Shown: positions 58,847 to 64,000 of the stretch, in pieces | Layout of the letters: each line of letters begins with the position of its first letter | Position numbering within the stretch: position 1 is the stretch's first letter | NCBI RefSeq assembly: GCF_000142905.1 | Contig: NW_013657652.1 | Span: forward strand, 310,001 to 374,000 | DNA length: 64,000 nt | Source: Thecamonas trahens ATCC 50062 | Lineage: Eukaryota > Protista > Apusomonadida | Direction: 5' to 3' | Translations under genes and position numbers: made by a program | Notes under the pieces: generated by a model | The model's database searches: none | Told to the model about the DNA's origin: nothing | What the model saw: the letters and a program-made list of their open reading frames with translations, nothing else

Positions 58847-60460
58847 ATGCCCCACACCACCGTCATCGTCCCGCCGTCGGCCCTCCCGGCCCGCCCGCTC
58901 GCGGCTCGCCTCGTCCTCGCCGCCAGCTACGCCTCGATGGGCGCTGCACTGTGGGTTCTCTGGCTGCCGCGCTGGCTGCCGCCGGCCACGCTCCCGCTCG
59001 GCCTTCCGCCCACTCCGCGTGATGCAAGCTTCGGCTGGCTTGTCCGCCTCGCTGCTGTGGCTGCTCTCGGCTACTGCCCGGGCGCCCGGCTGGTGGTGGC
59101 CAAGCCGCTGCTGCGGAGCCCGCCCAAGTTTGTTCCGCTCGCCCGCCACGCCGCCCTCGCTGCCGCCCTCGCCGGCCTCGCATTTCTGTTGGGCCCAACC
59201 CCGCTGGTCGATCTCGTCGCCCCGCTCCTCCCGCAGGGCGGGTTCTTGGCCTCGGCCGCGTCGGCCATCACTGCCGCCGCCGACGCCGCCATCTCCTTTG
59301 CCGGGCCCATGCTCGGTGCCGCCTTTGTGCTCGGCGCTGGTGTCTTTGTGGTGCCGGCCCACTTTGAGCGGTCGAACCCGTACGCCACGGCGACCGGCGA
59401 CAACGGTACGATCCCTGTGCCATCGCCGCGCCGCGGCGTCCTGGTGGCCAACCTCGGCACGCCTGTGGCGCCGCGGCCGGCAGAAGTCGCCACCTTTTTG
59501 CGCGCCTTCCTCTCGGACACGCGCGTCATCGAAGTTGCGCCGGCTGTCTGGTGGTTTGTGCTCAACTGCATCATTGTCCCCATTCGCAAGTACTCGTCGG
59601 CCATGCTCTACTCGCGCATCTTCTCCGAAGACGGCAAGTCGCCGCTCCTGCTGTACGGCACCGAGCATGCCACGGCGCTGCAGGCCGCGCTCGGCGACAA
59701 AGACTTTGACGTCCAGCTTGGCATGCGCTATGGCGAGCCATCGATCGACCGCGCCATCGCGCACTTTATGGCCGAGGGCGTCTCGGACATTGTCGTCATG
59801 ACCGCCTACCCGCAGTACTCGGGCACGACGGTGGCCTCCATCTATGACGCCGTCTACGCCGCCGCCCTTCGCTACCGCCACGTCCCGGCCATCACCGTCA
59901 TCCCGCCGTACTACGACCACCCCGCATACATCTCTGCCATCGCCAGCCGCATGCGTGAGACCCGTGCCGCGCTCCCGGCCGAGCACGCACCGCAGCTTAC
60001 GCTCTTCTCATTCCACGGCATTCCGGCCTCGTACGTCCACCGCGGCGATCCGTATCCGGCCCACTGTGAGGCTACCGCCGCCGCCGTCGCCGCCGAGCTC
60101 GGCCTCGCGCCTGACGCCTGGCATCTCTGCTACCAGTCGCAGTTTGGCTCCGACCCGTGGCTCCAGCCGTACACCGACGAACTGCTCGTCGAGCTGGCCG
60201 AGGCCTGGACCGGTGATGGCCCGCTCAACATCCTCGCCGTCTGCCCGGGCTTCCTCGTTGACTGCCTCGAGACCATCGACGAGATCGGCGAGGTCTCAGC
60301 CGAAGTCTTTGCCGAGGCCGGTGGCGGTAAGCTCACTCTCGTCCCCTGCCTCAACGCCGATCCCACCTGGATCGACGCCTCGGTCGCCATTGTCCGTGAC
60401 TCGCTTCCTGCCGCCAGCAACTCGGCCAAGCCAGCCGACGACCACAGCTCCACCACGCCA
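58847..60460 (+). CDS. hemH: Ferrochelatase (proteobacterial HemH type) with a ~190-aa hydrophobic N-terminal extension; true 3' end unresolved (frame open to 60961)
   Basis: GVLVANLGTP, FLSDTRVIE, GMRYGEPSI, YPQYSGTT, FSFHGIP, YQSQFG..PWLQP, DCLETIDEI, VPCLN. Confidence 0.92.
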
Positions 60461-60510
60461 ACCACCACCACCACCACCACCACCACCACCACCACCACCA
60501 CCACCACCAC
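60461..60510 (+). repeat. (ACC)n trinucleotide repeat between the ferrochelatase and ABHD18-like coding regions
   Basis: Read directly from the sequence. Confidence 0.95.
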
Positions 60511-60516
60511 TCTCAC

Positions 60517-61686
60517 ATGCAATACGTCTGGTCGTCGGTCTCGGCCACCCTCGGCCTGCTCGACCTGCTCGCCACACGCTGGGCGCGCGAGCCGTTCTTA
60601 TCGGACGGCCCGGGCTGCGAGCACGCCTTCGACGCCTGCTTCGACCTGCTCACCCGCGACATGGCTGCTGCCCCGCCCCCGCTGCCGCCTTCCGACGAAC
60701 TCGCAATCTCCTGGGGGCCTGCCGGTGGTCTCATCCATCACGGATCGGCGCTCTGCCTCCGCATCTCCTTCTCCACTCCCGCCTCGCCGCTGCTCGAGCC
60801 CGGTACCGGCGCCGCCGTCGTTGACGTTGTCGTCCCCTGGCCGCCCACCGATGCCGACGCTCACCTCGCGCCGCCGCCGCACGACGCCGAGCCGAGTGTG
60901 CTCGCTGACGCCCTCGCCGCCGGACTTGCTGCCCGTCCCATCGCCATCCTGTGCCCTATGACGGGCGACATCGGGCCCGAGCTCCGCATCTCCAAGTATT
61001 CTGCGCCGCTTGCCGCCGCCGGCATCTCGTCGGCTATCATCAACGCGCCGTACTACGGTGACCGCCGGCCTCCCGGCTGGACCGGCTCCTACGGCGTGCC
61101 GACCGTCGAGGCCATGATGGCCCAGGCAACAGGCGTCATCGTCGAGGCCCTCGCCACTGCGCAATGGGCGCGCTCTACCGGCGCCTCGGCCGTCTGCTAC
61201 GCCGGCGTCTCGTGGGGCGGCGCCATGTCGTCGATGGCAAACCTGCTCGACCACGACTCGTCGGCCGTCGTCACCACCGCCGGCTCGCACTCGCCAGCGC
61301 CGGCCTTTGTTGACGGCGCCATGGCCCGGTCCGTCCCTTGGGACGCCCACGGCGGCAAGTCCGAGGACAACCTCATGGTCGTCCTCCTCCGCCGCATCTC
61401 TACTACCATGGTCACCGAGTTTCCGGCCAAGGCCACCGGCGCCGCCCGGGTCATCCGCCACATCTCAGCTCCGCATGATCACTACATCCCTCGTGACTCG
61501 TCCCTCCGCCTCTTTGACTCGCTCGTCAACGCGCCCGGAACCGTCGAGAGCGCCCGCGTCGAGGTCCTCGGCGGCCACGCCAGTACTGTCCTCTTTTACA
61601 CCTCTACACACGTCGACGCCATCCTCGACGCCCTCGCCGCGCTCAAGCGCACAACTGCGGCTACCGCTTCGCCAACAGCAGATTGA
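60517..61686 (+). CDS. ABHD18: Alpha/beta hydrolase, ABHD18 (DUF2048)-like
   Basis: MTGD, APYYGDRRP, nucleophile elbow GVSWGG, HDHYIP (Asp), GGH (His). Confidence 0.78.
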   Translation: MQYVWSSVSATLGLLDLLATRWAREPFLSDGPGCEHAFDACFDLLTRDMAAAPPPLPPSDELAISWGPAGGLIHHGSALCLRISFSTPASPLLEPGTGAAVVDVVVPWPPTDADAHLAPPPHDAEPSVLADALAAGLAARPIAILCPMTGDIGPELRISKYSAPLAAAGISSAIINAPYYGDRRPPGWTGSYGVPTVEAMMAQATGVIVEALATAQWARSTGASAVCYAGVSWGGAMSSMANLLDHDSSAVVTTAGSHSPAPAFVDGAMARSVPWDAHGGKSEDNLMVVLLRRISTTMVTEFPAKATGAARVIRHISAPHDHYIPRDSSLRLFDSLVNAPGTVESARVEVLGGHASTVLFYTSTHVDAILDALAALKRTTAATASPTAD

Positions 61687-64000
61687 GCTCCGACGACGAA
61701 TGCGCGAGAAGAACCTCGTCGTTGCGCCGCTCCAGCTCGCCCAGATTGGCATACGTAAAGTTAGAGAACGGGTCGTCGTCCTCACCGTCGTTGAGAATGT
61801 CCGCTAGCGTCGGCCCGTGCTCAGCCTCAGCGTGCGCTGCCGCCACAAACGACGCGCCTGCTGCCGACGAGTTGATGCCGCGCGCCTCAGACTCAAAGTA
61901 CGACGTGTCCAGCGCAGATGCGGGCTTGGGCCGGAACGGCATCGGCTGGTCCATCAAGCTCTCAAACTCGATAGAGGCAAAGAACGGTGCCGCACGCACG
62001 TCCGCCCCGCCCGCAGAGCCGAGCCGCTCCGACGGGTCCACACGGAGCAGTGCCTCGATGAGTGCCCGCGCATCGGCTGAGATCTCGTTGTCAAACCACT
62101 CAATCCGCACGTTGAGAATGTTGTCAAAAATGAGGTCGAGCGAGTTGTCGTTGAACGGCGGGACGCCAAACAGAAACTCGTACAGCAGCACGCCGATAGC
62201 CCACCAGTCAGCCGCCGCCCCGTGCCCAGTCCCGAGCAAGATCTCTGGGGCAAGGTAGTCGGGCGTGCCCACCACGCCCGACGACCGCAGTTGGACCTCG
62301 GTCTCCGCCAGCGGGTTTGTCGAGAACTCGCCTTGCAGCCGGTACGCCGACCGCTTCGGCGCCCCGCCCGCAGACGACTCGGCGTTGAGTGTGTCGATGA
62401 CTCCGAGCTGAGAGAGGCCAAAGTCGGTGAGCTTGATGTGGCCCTGGGCGTCGATGAGGATGTTGTCCGGCTTGAGGTCGCGATGGATGATGCCACGGGA
62501 GTGCAAGTGCTCTAGTGCGAGCACAACTTGCGCAATGTACAGCCGTGCGAGGTCCTCCGAAAAGTAGCCCAGCGACTCGAGCAGTGTTCCCATGTCGCCG
62601 CCGATCAAGTACTCCATCACCAGGTACAGGTACGACTTGGTCTGGAAGGAGTAATACAGCCGAACAACAAACGGGTTGTGTGTCACGGCCATGATGTTGC
62701 GCTCGGCGTAGACCGAGTCGACCAGGTTCTTCTTCACCACGTCATCCTTCTTCAGCACCTTGATGGCGTACAAGTCGCCCGTCCGCTTCTTGCGCGAGAG
62801 AAAGACCCGCCCAAAGCCACCCTTGGAGATCTGCTTGATAATGCTAAAGTCCTTGATCGATGGCACCAGCGCCTCGCGCTGGCTTGGGCGCGTCTTGGCC
62901 ACCCCGGCCACGCGCTTGGTAGGCGTGAGCGCGGAGAGCTGCGACGAAATCATCTGCCGCTCCCGGCACGCTCCCAGTTTCTCCTCCAGCAGCTTGGCCA
63001 CCCGCGCCGCAAACGTCCGCACATCCTGCGCCAGCGGGCAGCCTTCGCCACTTATTCGCTCCTGCAGTCGCGCTAGTTGCTCGAGCAGGCCCTCGAGCGC
63101 GCCAACCACGTCGTCGTCGTCGACCTTGAGCGCGGCGCCCTCACGCGCGATGACTTGTAGCATTTCGACGTCGGAAATGAGCTCCACCTCGGACACGGTC
63201 GACGTCGGGTGCGCGCTTCCGCGCTGCAGCGTCTGCGCCAGCCGCTGCAGCCGCATGTCACACGACGCCCTCTTGAGATCCGCCTTGGACGCCACCACGC
63301 ACACTCGCGAGTGAACCTCCAGCTCCGACGACGAGACCAGCTCTTCGCAAATCCGGCAGAGGAGGAACGACTCGCGCTCGACTTCGATGCCAACTTGCGT
63401 CTCGTCGCCGCTTCCAGCACTCCTGGTCTCGGCCTCGGGCGTACGCTTCTTCCAAAAAACGACGAGACCCGCGAGAAGAAAGACTTGCCGCGAGTCCCGC
63501 TCCCGCTACCGCTACCGCCGGGCGCCTCGGGCTCGGGCGACTCGCTGCAGGGCTCTCCGCTGGCCGGGCGAGTCTCACCGATCGTGCCCGGGCTCGGCGT
63601 CCGGCTCTCGGCGAGCATGGTGTCGAGGTCATCAGTCCCGAGGCTGGCAATCGCCCGCGACATGTCGTCTTCGGGATCCGAGTCCATGCCGGTCAGTGAC
63701 GAGAGCACCGACTCGGACGGCTCCTCGGTCGGACCCGACTCGGAGACCGACGAGCCGTCGGTCGCCAGCGGGTGTGCGGCCTGGGTAAAGTGGTAGAAGA
63801 AGAAGCCATCAATGAACGGCTGCTCGTTGACAACGTGCTCCACAAGGCCGCGCCGCAACAGTTCCTCGCCTACCCTTGTTGCCTCGGCCCGCTTGAGCCC
63901 GAGCTCGATGCCAAGCCATGAGACCAGGTCCGAGCCCACAAAGCAGTTTGGATACTTGCGGAGATGATACCGCCGGTCCTTAATCTCCACGCCAATGAGC
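61661..64000 (-). CDS. AGC Ser/Thr kinase of the IRE/Rim15/Greatwall group with a DEP domain and C2HC finger; 5' end outside the window; -1 break at ~63452-63459
   Basis: DEP (IKDRRYHLRKYPNCFVGSDLVSWL...FYHF); LCRICEE...HSRVC after the shift; PSIKDFSIIKQISKGGFGRVFL, HRDLKPDN, DFGLS, GTPDYLAPE, DTSYF, FSNFTY.NL. Confidence 0.9.

Noticed and set aside
1-64000. Hundreds of long antisense and alternate-frame ORFs in the track
   Set aside because: Expected shadow ORFs in high-GC coding DNA; the translations are R/P/S-rich with no motifs.

Overview
GC-rich, very gene-dense eukaryotic nuclear DNA from a flagellated protist. The style suggests the apusomonad Thecamonas trahens, which is an inference I cannot verify here. 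About 30 protein-coding genes fill the window, and three N-gaps interrupt it. Recognisable genes: TAF11, a RUN-FYVE protein, PSTK, a UPF0658-like membrane protein, DAW1/ODA16, a DDX28/RH39-like helicase, ABCC10, MO25, a bacterial WsaF-like glycosyltransferase, a PH-domain formin, a stand-alone C-CAP, MCM4, centrin, CCDC17-like, a Cys-rich multipass receptor-like protein, CCDC137-like, an F-box/WD40 protein, CFAP57, DRC7, a proteobacterial-type ferrochelatase, ABHD18-like, and a DEP-domain IRE/Rim15-like kinase that runs off the window. No tRNA, rRNA, CRISPR array or mobile element was found. Window-wide patterns: (1) about 14 single-base frame breaks in otherwise intact genes, 12 of them -1, most likely homopolymer sequencing errors but testable; (2) nine resolvable introns, each a single 5'-proximal intron starting GTACG; (3) five convergent gene pairs whose coding ends overlap; (4) C1-3A and poly-C tracts upstream of start codons. 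The most curious locus is a membrane domain-ferrochelatase-(Thr)n-ABHD18 run with no stop codon between the two enzymes.
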